Assembly (NCBI GenBank): GCA_017409215.1
Contig: JAFQTD010000036.1
Coordinates: 14,038 to 78,037, forward strand
Direction: 5' to 3'
DNA from: Alphaproteobacteria bacterium
GTDB taxonomy: Bacteria > Pseudomonadota > Alphaproteobacteria > Rs-D84
DNA length: 64,000 nucleotides
Below are positions 27,054 to 37,378 of the stretch, in pieces; within the stretch, counting starts at the first letter, position 1; every line of letters begins with the position of its first letter. Both the position numbers and the translations under genes were made by a program. The notes below the pieces were generated by a model. It did not search any database. It was given only the letters and a program-made list of their open reading frames with translations, and was not told the DNA's origin.

Positions 27054-28305
27054 AGATAATCACCTCATAGTTCCAAGTACGGGACACCGCGTCCCAAGAA
27101 GCGCGCATTAAATACACACCACCAAAGTTTTCAAAAGCCTTCATAAATTGCATTGGCACTAATTTTGTTTCTGCGCCAACTTCTACCACATTCACAGTTG
27201 CTGTTTCGACCCCGTTTGTAATTGTATCGACAACAATCTGTGTGTTTAAATCTGTATCAATTCCTTGAAATTGACTGGTTATATCGCGTACAACTGTATC
27301 TGGGTCACGTTCATCTTGCGATGAATACGCATTCAGTGTTGGCAATTTTGCGGACACGCGCAATGTATCTTCGTTGATTTCTTCTACGAATCCGCCCGGC
27401 ATTAATTCTGATGCGATGTTATAAAATTCGACCAATGTTCCAAAAGTACGCCTAAATTCAACAACCGCCTTGTCTTCTTCGCAAGAAACGTAAACTTGAT
27501 TCCATCCAACAACAGGTTGCATCAAAAAAGCCATTGCACGATAGCATATTTCAGCGCGTTCATCTGGCGCAGGTATATTTTCGAACGGCATAACCAGTGG
27601 TGGTGGCGGTGTTTGTTTTTCGATTTCAAATTGTTTATCCAGTTCTTTATTTTTTTCTTCGATTTGTCGTTTGTATTCTGCAACTAGTTCTGGATTAAGT
27701 TCGTGTACCTGTGGACGTGGCATCATCGTTTGTACAATTGAATCACGAAAAATTCCTGTGGCCAACAAGACAAAGCCCCCCAGCAAAATCAATGAAAACA
27801 AACCCGCTCTAAAATGACTAATGGGGCGCAAAAATATACGTGAACGTCCCCCTAATAAGGCGGTCAAATCGCGTTCAATGGCGCGTGGCATCCCCCAAGA
27901 ATCTGGCGCAAAGAATGCCCCCCAATCTGGAATTTCGGTCAGTTTTACATATTCTTCGCGTGCTTCATTCTCTTTATCAAACAGTTTATCTTGCAAGATA
28001 ATGCCATTTCGCGCTGCAACCAAATAAAATCCAGCAGGCACTCTAAAAACAGCAATAAATGATGTGTATTCTGAAAATGCCTCCATAACCTCGGCTGCGG
28101 CGCTGTTCATCCCGACCCGCATTCCTGTTCGGCTGGCCCCCAGACCTACCATCGCGCGGTATTCAACAAACAAATTAAAATGTCGATTAATTCCACGTGC
28201 CAACGAATGCGCATAATTGCGCGCATTAAAAGCAGCGCCAATTGGTTGCCACATCAATCCAACTGCGTATTTTCTGCGATTAATAGTTATTACCTGTCGT
28301 GCCAA
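27043..28305 (-). CDS. GspL-like / PilM-PilN-like bitopic assembly protein
   Basis: 420 aa with a ~170-aa cytoplasmic domain, a single TM (LFSLILLGGFVLLATGIF) and a ~220-aa periplasmic domain. It is first in the operon with the GspE and GspF homologs. Confidence 0.45.
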   Translation of the reverse strand: MARQVITINRRKYAVGLMWQPIGAAFNARNYAHSLARGINRHFNLFVEYRAMVGLGASRTGMRVGMNSAAAEVMEAFSEYTSFIAVFRVPAGFYLVAARNGIILQDKLFDKENEAREEYVKLTEIPDWGAFFAPDSWGMPRAIERDLTALLGGRSRIFLRPISHFRAGLFSLILLGGFVLLATGIFRDSIVQTMMPRPQVHELNPELVAEYKRQIEEKNKELDKQFEIEKQTPPPPLVMPFENIPAPDERAEICYRAMAFLMQPVVGWNQVYVSCEEDKAVVEFRRTFGTLVEFYNIASELMPGGFVEEINEDTLRVSAKLPTLNAYSSQDERDPDTVVRDITSQFQGIDTDLNTQIVVDTITNGVETATVNVVEVGAETKLVPMQFMKAFENFGGVYLMRASWDAVSRTWNYEVIIYAK

Positions 28306-28392
28306 AAAACTCTCTCTCTTGATATCTTTGTGTAATTATAACACAAAAACTAAAACCAAGGCAAACATTTATAATCGTAAATTTAATATTTT

Positions 28393-29727
28393 TTAATCAA
28401 ATGGATTTTCTGATTTTTGATATTCGATTACAACGGGCAGGTGTTCCCACTGCAGTGCAGTTGCGATACCGCGTCGCAAGTATCGTGTATATGATTCTGG
28501 GATATCCGATGCGCCACCAACATTAATGGTTATTCGCATTGGGAAACGGCCTGTTTGTCGTGCGAATTTTATTTTCATTGGCCGTTTCAGACGTGACAAA
28601 GGCGGTTGGCGTTCTGCGACCAATCGTTCAATTATGCGATTAATCAGGCTGGTTGGTGCCTGTGTTGTCGACAGGTCATACTGTTGATATATGCGCTTAA
28701 ACATATTTTGCACACCCGTACCTGTTTCTGCAGACACAGCCAATATCAAAGGTTTTACGATTTGATGAAATGAATTGGCGAATTGATGTTTTAATTTCAG
28801 TAATTTTTCATCACGTAATTGCGGTTCAATCAAATCCCATTTGTTCAGTGCAACGCACAAGATTTTTCCAGCATTATAAACACGTCCAGCGATTGACAAT
28901 GCTTGGTTTTCAATATTTTTTGTCGCATCAACCATCAAGATAACAACATCAGACTTTTCGATTGCGTCCAAAGACTTCAATGCGGACAGTGTTTCAACAT
29001 CGTCTGTCACACCTGCCTTGCGACGCAGACCGGCTGTATCCATCAATACAATATCGCGACCATAAAAATTTGTTGGGATTTTTACAGTATCACGTGTCAC
29101 CCCCGGGGCATCCATCACAATTTGTCTGGTCTGTCCCAAAACCCTGTTAACAAAAGTTGATTTCCCGACATTTGGCTGACCAAGTATTGCGATTTTTATG
29201 CTATTATTAGTCTGTTGTTCTGCTGTTTGTGTCTTTGTGCCAATTTTAGTTGCGATATCGTCAAGAAACGCAAATATTTCATCAAAACCTAATTTGTGTT
29301 CTGCAGAAATCATCACTGGCGCCCCGAACCCCAGTTTATAGAAATCGTGTATATCAGTCAGTTTTTTTTCAGATTCGCTTTTGTTAATCAGCAGCAATAC
29401 AGGCGCACGTGTTTTTCTGCGTACCAGTTTTGCCCATTCGATATCTTCACCGGTCAGTCCAACGCGCCCATCTACAACAAACAGGACTGCGTTTGCATCT
29501 GTTATGGCATCCAGTGCCATATTTGTTGAATCTTGTGCGATTCCAGAATTTGCGCGTTCCAGTCCTGCTGTATCATACAGACTGTACGGGCGTAATTTAA
29601 AATTCCCAGAAATTGTATCGCGTGTCACCCCTGGTCTGTCATGAACCAGTGCATCACGCGTTCCAGTCAGCGCATTAAATAAAGTTGATTTGCCTGTATT
29701 AGGGCGACCTGTTATTACTACTTTCAT
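28393..29727 (-). CDS. der: ribosome biogenesis GTPase Der (EngA)
   Basis: Two tandem GTPase domains (GRPNTGKSTLFNAL and GQPNVGKSTFVNRVLG) plus a KH-like C-terminus. Confidence 0.9.
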   Translation of the reverse strand: MKVVITGRPNTGKSTLFNALTGTRDALVHDRPGVTRDTISGNFKLRPYSLYDTAGLERANSGIAQDSTNMALDAITDANAVLFVVDGRVGLTGEDIEWAKLVRRKTRAPVLLLINKSESEKKLTDIHDFYKLGFGAPVMISAEHKLGFDEIFAFLDDIATKIGTKTQTAEQQTNNSIKIAILGQPNVGKSTFVNRVLGQTRQIVMDAPGVTRDTVKIPTNFYGRDIVLMDTAGLRRKAGVTDDVETLSALKSLDAIEKSDVVILMVDATKNIENQALSIAGRVYNAGKILCVALNKWDLIEPQLRDEKLLKLKHQFANSFHQIVKPLILAVSAETGTGVQNMFKRIYQQYDLSTTQAPTSLINRIIERLVAERQPPLSRLKRPMKIKFARQTGRFPMRITINVGGASDIPESYTRYLRRGIATALQWEHLPVVIEYQKSENPFD

Positions 29728-29797
29728 TGTTATTTTTCCATTGATTTTTTCTAATTATAAAGCAAAAATATAAATAATCAAATCAGAGGATGTGATT

Positions 29798-30394
29798 ATG
29801 AAGAAAAAAATTAAAGGTGCATTAAAGCGTGTGAAAAACATAATAACGAATCCAAAACGTTATTTTACCAAAATTGTTGCAGATGGTAATATGGAAGAAT
29901 CTATGTTGCGTGCATTTTTATATGGTCTGCTTGGCGGATGTTTGGTTTTACTTATTCGTTTAATTGGTGGCGCGACGATTACTGTTGGGGCAATATTTAC
30001 TGCGATTGTTGTCGTGCCTGTCTTGGCGGTTGCATTATTGTTTGTTTTTGGTGGTCTAATGATGCTTATATCTGAAATAACAGGTGGCGAACGCGACTGG
30101 GAAATTGCGATTAAGGGTCTGGCATCGATATTTTTCATTTATCCCTTAATTTTAGTTTTAAATGCATTGGCATTTAATTGCACGTCTATGTGGGTTATCA
30201 GCATAATGGTCGACTTGTATGTATTGTTTTTGTTTTACAATATTGCGGTTTACTGTATGCGTGGCAAGAAAAGCAACGTGATAATAGTAATATCTGTGTT
30301 GTTATTATTTATGTTTACAGTATATGCGACAGATTATCGTATCGGATGGTTTATGTTAAAGAATACTGGCGCGACACTTGCGTGTTTGGTCTAA
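29798..30394 (+). CDS. Yip1-like multi-pass membrane protein
   Basis: About 198 aa with 4-5 TM helices after a basic N-terminus. RBS AGAGGA. Family assignment is tentative. Confidence 0.45.
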   Translation: MKKKIKGALKRVKNIITNPKRYFTKIVADGNMEESMLRAFLYGLLGGCLVLLIRLIGGATITVGAIFTAIVVVPVLAVALLFVFGGLMMLISEITGGERDWEIAIKGLASIFFIYPLILVLNALAFNCTSMWVISIMVDLYVLFLFYNIAVYCMRGKKSNVIIVISVLLLFMFTVYATDYRIGWFMLKNTGATLACLV

Positions 30395-30501
30395 GGATAT
30401 CGCCCCGTTCTGGGGTGATTTTTTTTGAAAACATTCTGTTGTACTTTTGTTGCTACGCGCGATATATATATGATATAATAACATCGTTATTAACCAAGAG
30501 A

Positions 30502-31230
30502 ATGTATATGCCAAAAACGAAAGAAAACATTATATCAATGAAGCATATAAACAAGAGTTTTCCGCTAGAACTTGGCGGTGAACAACAGGTGTTATTTGAT
30601 ATCAATTTTACAATAAAATCGGGCGAATTTGTTGCAATTATGGGGCCATCTGGTTCTGGTAAATCAACTTGTATGAACATAATTGGTGCGTTGGATACAC
30701 CGACCTCTGGTGTGTACGAACTTTATAATAGTGATGTCACAGGTCTGACAACGGATGAACTTGCGATATTTAGAAATGAATACATTGGCTTTGTTTTTCA
30801 GCAGTTTAATTTATTGCCAAAGCGCAGTGTTCTGGACAATGTAATGTTGCCATTGATGTATCGTGGGTTGCCCATGCATGAACGTGTTCAACGTGCGCGC
30901 GAAATGCTAAGGCGCGTTGGATTGGAAAATTTTGAATCGTATTTGCCGACACAATTATCCGGTGGTATGAAACAGCGTGTTGCGATTGCGCGTGCGCTGG
31001 CGGGTAATCCAAAGTTGATATTGGCGGACGAACCGACTGGTGCCTTGGACAGTAAAATGGGGAATGAAATTTTAAAATTCTTTAAACAATTAAACAAGGA
31101 TATGGGTATAACGATTGTTATGATTACGCACGAATTTGATATTGCAAAGTATGCAGACAGACTGATTCACATTCGCGACGGTCGAATAAACTATGATGGC
31201 CCTGTGCCACGTAATGATAACAACTTATAA
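30502..31230 (+). CDS. ABC transporter ATP-binding protein (MacB/LolD-like)
   Basis: Start at MYMPKTK. Walker A GPSGSGKST, ABC signature LSGGMKQRVAIARA and Walker B ILADEPTGALD. The track ORF starting at 30178 is an upstream in-frame extension that I reject. Confidence 0.85.
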   Translation: MYMPKTKENIISMKHINKSFPLELGGEQQVLFDINFTIKSGEFVAIMGPSGSGKSTCMNIIGALDTPTSGVYELYNSDVTGLTTDELAIFRNEYIGFVFQQFNLLPKRSVLDNVMLPLMYRGLPMHERVQRAREMLRRVGLENFESYLPTQLSGGMKQRVAIARALAGNPKLILADEPTGALDSKMGNEILKFFKQLNKDMGITIVMITHEFDIAKYADRLIHIRDGRINYDGPVPRNDNNL

Positions 31231-31243
31231 CAAAGGAACAAAA

Positions 31244-32461
31244 ATGACGTTTAATGATATTTTGAAAGAATCCTGGTTATCGATAAGCGGCAACAAAATC
31301 CGTTCATTTTTAACGGTGCTGGGGATTATTATTGGTGTTATGGCGGTTGTTATAATGGTTGCGGTTGGCGAAACTGTGCAAAAGTCGATTACAGACCAGT
31401 TTTCATCATTGGGAACCAACACTATAATGATACGTGCGGGCGCTGCGCAACAGGCAGGTGTCAGAACAGGCAATCGTCATACATTGACCATACAGGATGC
31501 AGAATTTATTGGTAAATTGCCGGATGTGATGGCGGTCACTCCTGTTCAAAATGGTGCTGCTCAGGCGATTTATGGTAATAAGAACTGGGGTACAGCAATG
31601 GTTGGTGTTTATCCGGATTATTCCATTGTTCAAAATATAGAAATAGAACATGGTACATTTTTTGATATGTCTGCAGTTCGTAATGCATCGACGCACGCGG
31701 TAATTGGGCCAGAAACAGCCGAAGAGCTGGGGTTGCCAAAGAATCCTGTTGGTGAAGTTATCAGGATACAAAATACACCATTTGTAATCGTTGGTATCAC
31801 CAAGGCCAAAGGCGACAGTGCAATGGGCAGTCAAGATGATATGATAATTATTCCAATAACAACATTAAAAAAGCGTTTACAAGGTTCACGTTTCCCAAAT
31901 TCTGTTGGTATGATTGCGATAAAGTTATTACCTGATTCTGATAATAATCTGGCCATAGAACAGATGACGGCCCTTTTGCGTCAGCGTCACAGACTAAAAG
32001 AAGATGCGGTCGATGATTTTCAGATTATGGATATGAAGCAAATTATGGAAACGATGACCACTGTGACAGGGTACTTAAAATTGTTGTTGATTGCGATTGC
32101 TGCGGTGTCACTGTTGGTTGGCGCGATTGGCATTATGAATATGATGCTGGTATCTGTGGCAGAACGCACGCGTGAAATCGGCATACGCAAGGCGATTGGT
32201 GCGCAAGAAAAAATGATAATCATTCAATTCTTATCAGAATCTGTATTAATTTCATTTATTGGTTCTATGATTGGTCTGGTAATTGGTGTTGGGCTGTCAC
32301 AGGGTGTCGGTCGTTTTGTATTGGGGTATAATGTTCCATTCAGTATGTGGCCGGTTGTATTATCAGTATCTGTAGCGGTAATTGTTGGATTGTCATCTGG
32401 TGTGATGCCTGCGATGAAGGCGGCAAAACTAAATCCGATTGACAGTCTGCGATATGAATAA
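31244..32461 (+). CDS. ABC transporter permease, FtsX/MacB family
   Basis: MacB-type topology: one TM, a large periplasmic domain and three C-terminal TMs. ATG at 31244 after RBS AAAGGAAC. Confidence 0.85.
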   Translation: MTFNDILKESWLSISGNKIRSFLTVLGIIIGVMAVVIMVAVGETVQKSITDQFSSLGTNTIMIRAGAAQQAGVRTGNRHTLTIQDAEFIGKLPDVMAVTPVQNGAAQAIYGNKNWGTAMVGVYPDYSIVQNIEIEHGTFFDMSAVRNASTHAVIGPETAEELGLPKNPVGEVIRIQNTPFVIVGITKAKGDSAMGSQDDMIIIPITTLKKRLQGSRFPNSVGMIAIKLLPDSDNNLAIEQMTALLRQRHRLKEDAVDDFQIMDMKQIMETMTTVTGYLKLLLIAIAAVSLLVGAIGIMNMMLVSVAERTREIGIRKAIGAQEKMIIIQFLSESVLISFIGSMIGLVIGVGLSQGVGRFVLGYNVPFSMWPVVLSVSVAVIVGLSSGVMPAMKAAKLNPIDSLRYE

Positions 32462-32479
32462 TAAATATGAATAACAAAT

Positions 32480-32510
32480 CACCCCAAGGAAATTTCTTGG
32501 GGTGTTTTTT
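32480..32510. terminator. bidirectional terminator between the ABC permease and virD4-like gene
   Basis: CACCCCAAGGAAATTTCTTGGGGTG followed by T6. Confidence 0.55.
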
Positions 32511-32539
32511 ATCTGTCTCAATTGTGTACGGTTGTTTAT

Positions 32540-34798
32540 CTATTTGATAACCAATTCCTTTACAGTTTTTGTTTTTGCATCATATACCTTTGGTTTCCCA
32601 GCATATCGCAATGCATAATGATGTTTTGGAATCATATATTCTGGAATTGGTGATGCTGCACCCATATCAACCTTTGCGGCCAGTGCCTTTTGCACCGCTG
32701 TTTCGCGATAGAAGTACCATTCACCATCCGCTTCAATCGGCAGGTTATAAAATCCTTGGAACAACACCAGCTGTTTTGCTTTTTTCAACGTCATCAAATC
32801 CATTGGACTGAACAAGTCTTCTTCTTTTTCAACTTCGACATCCTTGCCGTCCGGACCTTTTTCTTTCTTTTTAACCTTCTTTTTACCAATCATACGTGTA
32901 AATCTTTCTGCGGTTGCTGGGTCATTCACACGCAATATAACCTTGGCGGCTGTATTTGCGATGATTGTATCTGCGGCCTTGTCGCCATATTTTTCTTGAA
33001 TCTGACTGATGTCCTGACCTACAATCAGATAAGACACTTTTTGTCCACGACCAACAGCTGGCCCACGAATGATTGCTTCCAGCTTATTCATTGTTGGCAT
33101 TTCGTCCAATACGAACAGGGCAGGGTATGGTCCTAATTTTTGTCCGTTATTAATTGCCTCTGGCTTATTTGCAATCAGGTAATTAGACAGCAGTTCAATA
33201 AACATACTGGTTATCGCTGCAAATGCAGGTGCGTCTGCTACATTCATTGCCAGATATATTGTAATCGGCTTCATTTTGCCATCTGTTGGGTCAACCATAC
33301 CGCGCATATCACCAAAGTGTAAATCAGAATGTCTGGTGTGTTTATTAACAGCCGGATGTCTAAAAATATTCAATCCTGCATTCATTGTTGACATAACGGA
33401 CCCACGTTCTTTATCTGGTGTATTCGCAAGGTTAATCAGCGCGGATACAGAATCACTATCGTATGCATACAATTGTGCTTCTTTGATTGCCTCGTTTAAA
33501 AAGTCCTTCATTGGGTCTGCCATCATAACCATCTGGTCGCCTTGGTTTTTGCGTTCCTCTAAATCTTGTGCGACCTTGATTTGTCCTTCGACATACCATG
33601 CCAAGAACATTGGTATTGATGCTTCGGCCCCATGCCATTCCTTGGGCAATCCACCCCATGTACCAACGTGGACATAGTTATTTATATTCAGCTGTTTATT
33701 TTGCAACAGTGCCATTGCCGCATATGCATTTGGATCAGTGTTCATTGTCATATAATAGTCCATCAGGACAGCTGCATCTTGTTCATCAAATGTTCCGGTT
33801 GCCAGCCTGTTATAGAAATAATCATTCGCCTTGGCGCGTTCTACCTTGGAAATAATAAAGTTAATAAATCCTGTCAATGCGGCACGTGCGGTATTTGACC
33901 AGTGTGGGTCTTTGGCGTTTTCTTCAACAATAGAATTAACAACGACCTGAATATATGTACTGCGCCCCTCTGGATTCGGTGGCAGATTTTCAGGTGACAA
34001 CGGATTCCACGCAGGATAATAGATTCCTTTTTCTGGTTCGTCCGGTGCGGCCCAGTTCATAATAAACACCGGTCCAACTGTTGAACGATAACCAGATGTT
34101 TGGTAAATCAATTCTGGTTTTGGGTCGTTTACAATCATTGACACCGTATCGCATTCCAAGATTGTTGGGATAACGACCCCTTGTGTTTTACCAGTACCTG
34201 CGGGCGCCAACAGCAATGCAGACATACATTCGTCCATTTTAAGTGGTGTTTGCTTGCCTTTGTATTTGAAATACCCCAGCACCATCATAAAACCACTGAA
34301 CAGTCCCAATTTATTCTTGTGGTCTTGTGCCATTTTCATAATATCTTTTTCATTTGCCTTGCGTGATGTTTTTTCATCAAACTTGTCCTTGCTGTGTGGG
34401 TTAAATTCATCTGTCATTGTCGCATCAGATAAAAAGAAATACCCAATAATCGGCAACAGCGGTGTTATGCACGCGATATCAGGGCGCATCAGACAACGTA
34501 TCAGCCAAGACGGGATTTCTGCCAACACAGACAATCCGCCACTGGACAACACATTTTCAAAATATAACAAGAACCACTTGTTTGTTGCGGGACCCCAACC
34601 GTACCGCCACAAGTGTTCTATTGGGAACGCGCACGCAAACATAAATGCCGCGATAATCCATATTAACAAGGCCCATCTGATGTTCCAGAATTCACGTGCC
34701 TGTGGGGTTTGTTCGTGTTCTTTATATTTCTTAGAACTAAAAATCCCCAGTCCTTTTCCCTTGCCCGATGCTGATAAAAAGTTGAATTTTACTGCCAT
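32540..34798 (-). CDS. type IV secretion system coupling protein (VirD4/TraG family)
   Basis: 752 aa. An N-terminal TM anchor and the TraG/VirD4 P-loop region (LLAPAGTGKTQGVVIPTILE). The C-terminal region is conserved (YLIVGQDISQIQEKYGDKAADTIIANTAAKVIL). Confidence 0.8.
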   Translation of the reverse strand: MAVKFNFLSASGKGKGLGIFSSKKYKEHEQTPQAREFWNIRWALLIWIIAAFMFACAFPIEHLWRYGWGPATNKWFLLYFENVLSSGGLSVLAEIPSWLIRCLMRPDIACITPLLPIIGYFFLSDATMTDEFNPHSKDKFDEKTSRKANEKDIMKMAQDHKNKLGLFSGFMMVLGYFKYKGKQTPLKMDECMSALLLAPAGTGKTQGVVIPTILECDTVSMIVNDPKPELIYQTSGYRSTVGPVFIMNWAAPDEPEKGIYYPAWNPLSPENLPPNPEGRSTYIQVVVNSIVEENAKDPHWSNTARAALTGFINFIISKVERAKANDYFYNRLATGTFDEQDAAVLMDYYMTMNTDPNAYAAMALLQNKQLNINNYVHVGTWGGLPKEWHGAEASIPMFLAWYVEGQIKVAQDLEERKNQGDQMVMMADPMKDFLNEAIKEAQLYAYDSDSVSALINLANTPDKERGSVMSTMNAGLNIFRHPAVNKHTRHSDLHFGDMRGMVDPTDGKMKPITIYLAMNVADAPAFAAITSMFIELLSNYLIANKPEAINNGQKLGPYPALFVLDEMPTMNKLEAIIRGPAVGRGQKVSYLIVGQDISQIQEKYGDKAADTIIANTAAKVILRVNDPATAERFTRMIGKKKVKKKEKGPDGKDVEVEKEEDLFSPMDLMTLKKAKQLVLFQGFYNLPIEADGEWYFYRETAVQKALAAKVDMGAASPIPEYMIPKHHYALRYAGKPKVYDAKTKTVKELVIK

Positions 34799-34853
34799 AA
34801 TGTTTAATATTATAACAGAAAAATAATTAATAAGAAAACAGGAAATATAAAAA

Positions 34854-35510
34854 ATGAAAAATATTCCGCGAATTTATATAGACTTGCCAATCAAGGTCGG
34901 AACATATATTCCGGTTGAACGTGATGTTTTGCATTACTTGACGCGTGTAATGCGAACTAAACAGTGTCTGATATTTGGTGATGGTAATGAATACGTGGCT
35001 GAATTATCATCAGATAATGCGTGTCTGTTTGTGTCGGAACAGACTGCACATACCGACCCATCAAATGATTTGATATTATTTTTTTCCCCGATTAAGCGAA
35101 TAGATGATTTACTGAATATGGCGACGCAAATGGGTGTTGCTGCGTTTCAGCCTGTTATTATGTCGCGGACAGTTGCGCATCATATAAATTGGCAACGTAT
35201 GCGCAGGATAGTTATCGAAGCGGCCGAACAATCAAATCGCAACAGTGTGCCAAATATATTGCCGGTAAAAAAATTTCAAGAACTTGATTTGTCCGGTATT
35301 GTTTTTGCGGACGAACGGTATGCTTACTCTCAGCAGTCGTCGGAAAAAAACTTTAAGTCCAAGTTGGTTATGATTGGGCCCGAAGGTGGTTTTTCAGAAT
35401 CTGAATTTTCTGCGCTTGATGCGGCTGGCGCGCACAGTTTGTCGTTGGGGAAAACAATTTTGCGTGCCGAAGTTGCCGCCGTTGTCGCTGTGTCCAAGGT
35501 GCTAGAATAA
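34854..35510 (+). CDS. rsmE: 16S rRNA (uracil1498-N3)-methyltransferase
   Basis: 218 aa with an RsmE-family PUA-like N-terminus and SPOUT C-terminus. Confidence 0.8.
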   Translation: MKNIPRIYIDLPIKVGTYIPVERDVLHYLTRVMRTKQCLIFGDGNEYVAELSSDNACLFVSEQTAHTDPSNDLILFFSPIKRIDDLLNMATQMGVAAFQPVIMSRTVAHHINWQRMRRIVIEAAEQSNRNSVPNILPVKKFQELDLSGIVFADERYAYSQQSSEKNFKSKLVMIGPEGGFSESEFSALDAAGAHSLSLGKTILRAEVAAVVAVSKVLE

Positions 35511-35511
35511 A

Positions 35512-36225
35512 ATGACAACAAGAATTGCAAAATATCTTTCAGAGTGTGGTATTGCGTCCCGTCGTGATGCAGAAAAAATGATTGCGGACGGACGTGTAAG
35601 TGTTAATGGTGTTGTTATTGATACACCTGTTTATTTTGTCGCCCAAGGCGACAGGGTTTGTGTTGACGGTAATGTTGTTCATGCGCGTGAACAGACTGTT
35701 GTGTATATGTTTCATAAACCAATAAATTGTCTGACGACGCAACGTGATGACAGCGGTCGAAAAACGATATATGATTTTTTGCCACCAGAATACAGGAATC
35801 TAAAATATATTGGTCGTCTTGATTACAAGACAACAGGTCTGTTGTTATTAACAAATGATGGTGAATTGGCGCGAAAATTAACGTTGCCATCATCGGGGAT
35901 TCCACGTACATATATTGCGACAATATCGGGCAAAGATTCGCATTCTGGTTTGGAACGTGCGCGACGTGGAATAACGGTTGACGGCATAAAATATCAACCA
36001 ATGCAGATAGAAGAATTGTCTGATACTAAATTGCGTATAACAATAAGCGAGGGCAAAAAAAATGAAATCCGTATCGTATTGCGTGCCTGTGGTTGTCCGG
36101 TACGTCGTCTGCACAGGATTTCTTATGGTAATATTCAGATGGGAAAATTGCCCGTTGGAAAAATTGAAAAAATTATGCAGAAAACAATTGACGAAATGAT
36201 AAAAACCAATTATCATTCTAATTGA
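35512..36225 (+). CDS. rRNA pseudouridine synthase, RsuA/RluB family
   Basis: S4 domain (IAKYLSECGIASRRDAEKMIADGRVSVNG) and catalytic GRLDYKTTGLLLLTNDG motif. Confidence 0.8.
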   Translation: MTTRIAKYLSECGIASRRDAEKMIADGRVSVNGVVIDTPVYFVAQGDRVCVDGNVVHAREQTVVYMFHKPINCLTTQRDDSGRKTIYDFLPPEYRNLKYIGRLDYKTTGLLLLTNDGELARKLTLPSSGIPRTYIATISGKDSHSGLERARRGITVDGIKYQPMQIEELSDTKLRITISEGKKNEIRIVLRACGCPVRRLHRISYGNIQMGKLPVGKIEKIMQKTIDEMIKTNYHSN

Positions 36226-36246
36226 CAAAAGGAAGGGAGTATAATA

Positions 36247-37251
36247 ATGAAAAAAACACCTGCAAAAAAAACTAAACAACAAGCCAATGTTCGTCCTGTT
36301 GTATCCAAGGCAACAATCAAGGATACAAACAAAAGACAGGCAAAACCATGTTTTAATCCATGGTCATTGTCTATCTATGTATATTGGTTTATAATTTTGT
36401 TCTTTATCGCTGCGACGTTTTATATTCTGGGCCGCAGCCATAACAGCGCAAATATGAACAATGTCCGCATTACAGAAGAGATATTATTACAGGCAAATGA
36501 TTATTACGAAAGTGGAAAAACAAAATTATTAGCTGGTAATATAGAAGAAGCTATTACAGATTTGACTGCATCTATTGATGCGGGTGTCGCAAGTGTTGAA
36601 TCATATATCTTGCGTGGCGAAGCATATTTGCAATCTGGTGATTACCGCAATGCAATGGAAGATTTTAATACGGCATTAAGCAAAGACCCTGCAAACGCAG
36701 TTGCATATTATGATCGTTCATTGTTGAATACACGTCTGGAAGATTATGCTGCGGCGATGAATGACATCAATAATGCAATGGCTGCAAATGTCACACACCC
36801 CAGTCAGTTCTTGCAGATGCGCGATTTATATGCGAAACGCGGTCAGTTGAATTTGTGGATGAAGAATTGGGAAGGTGCAATTGCTGATTATACAAATTCA
36901 TTGGCGCGCCCAGAAGGTTCTGTTAATCCATCCGTTTATGCCGAACGTGCCGAGGCTTATACGGCAATTGGTGATTTGTCTGCGGCTGTAAACGATTATG
37001 GTTCAGCTGTTCGTGTTATTTCAGAACAAATACAAGGCGCCCCATCGGTCGAGGAACGCGAATCCTTGTCAAACAGGGCTATGGGTTACTTTGAAAAATC
37101 GGCTGCTTTGAATTTGAAACTCGGAAATACCGAGATGGCACGTGTCGATTTAGAATCTGCATATACAATTGCGGTTGCGCTAAACGATGCGGAAACAACT
37201 GCCAGATTGCAGGAATTAATTAATGGTATCAACGAAACCGTTGAACAATAG
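36247..37251 (+). CDS. membrane-anchored TPR-repeat protein
   Basis: Basic N-terminus, one TM and several TPR-like repeats. A rho-independent terminator lies at 37265-37292. Confidence 0.55.
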   Translation: MKKTPAKKTKQQANVRPVVSKATIKDTNKRQAKPCFNPWSLSIYVYWFIILFFIAATFYILGRSHNSANMNNVRITEEILLQANDYYESGKTKLLAGNIEEAITDLTASIDAGVASVESYILRGEAYLQSGDYRNAMEDFNTALSKDPANAVAYYDRSLLNTRLEDYAAAMNDINNAMAANVTHPSQFLQMRDLYAKRGQLNLWMKNWEGAIADYTNSLARPEGSVNPSVYAERAEAYTAIGDLSAAVNDYGSAVRVISEQIQGAPSVEERESLSNRAMGYFEKSAALNLKLGNTEMARVDLESAYTIAVALNDAETTARLQELINGINETVEQ

Positions 37252-37378
37252 TCTGAATGACAAAGAAAAAAATCCGCAAATGCGGATTTTTTCTTTGCTT
37301 TTGTGATAAAAGTTTTGCGTTGAAAATAAAAAAAATATTGTTATAGTGATTGTACGACAAAAATAAAAAGGATGGAAA

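Noticed and set aside
30178-30501. N-terminal extension of the ABC ATPase ORF (track start 30178).
   Set aside because: The extension overlaps the upstream membrane-protein gene and carries no ABC sequence. An ATG at 30502 (MYMPKTK) gives a normal ~243-aa NBD.
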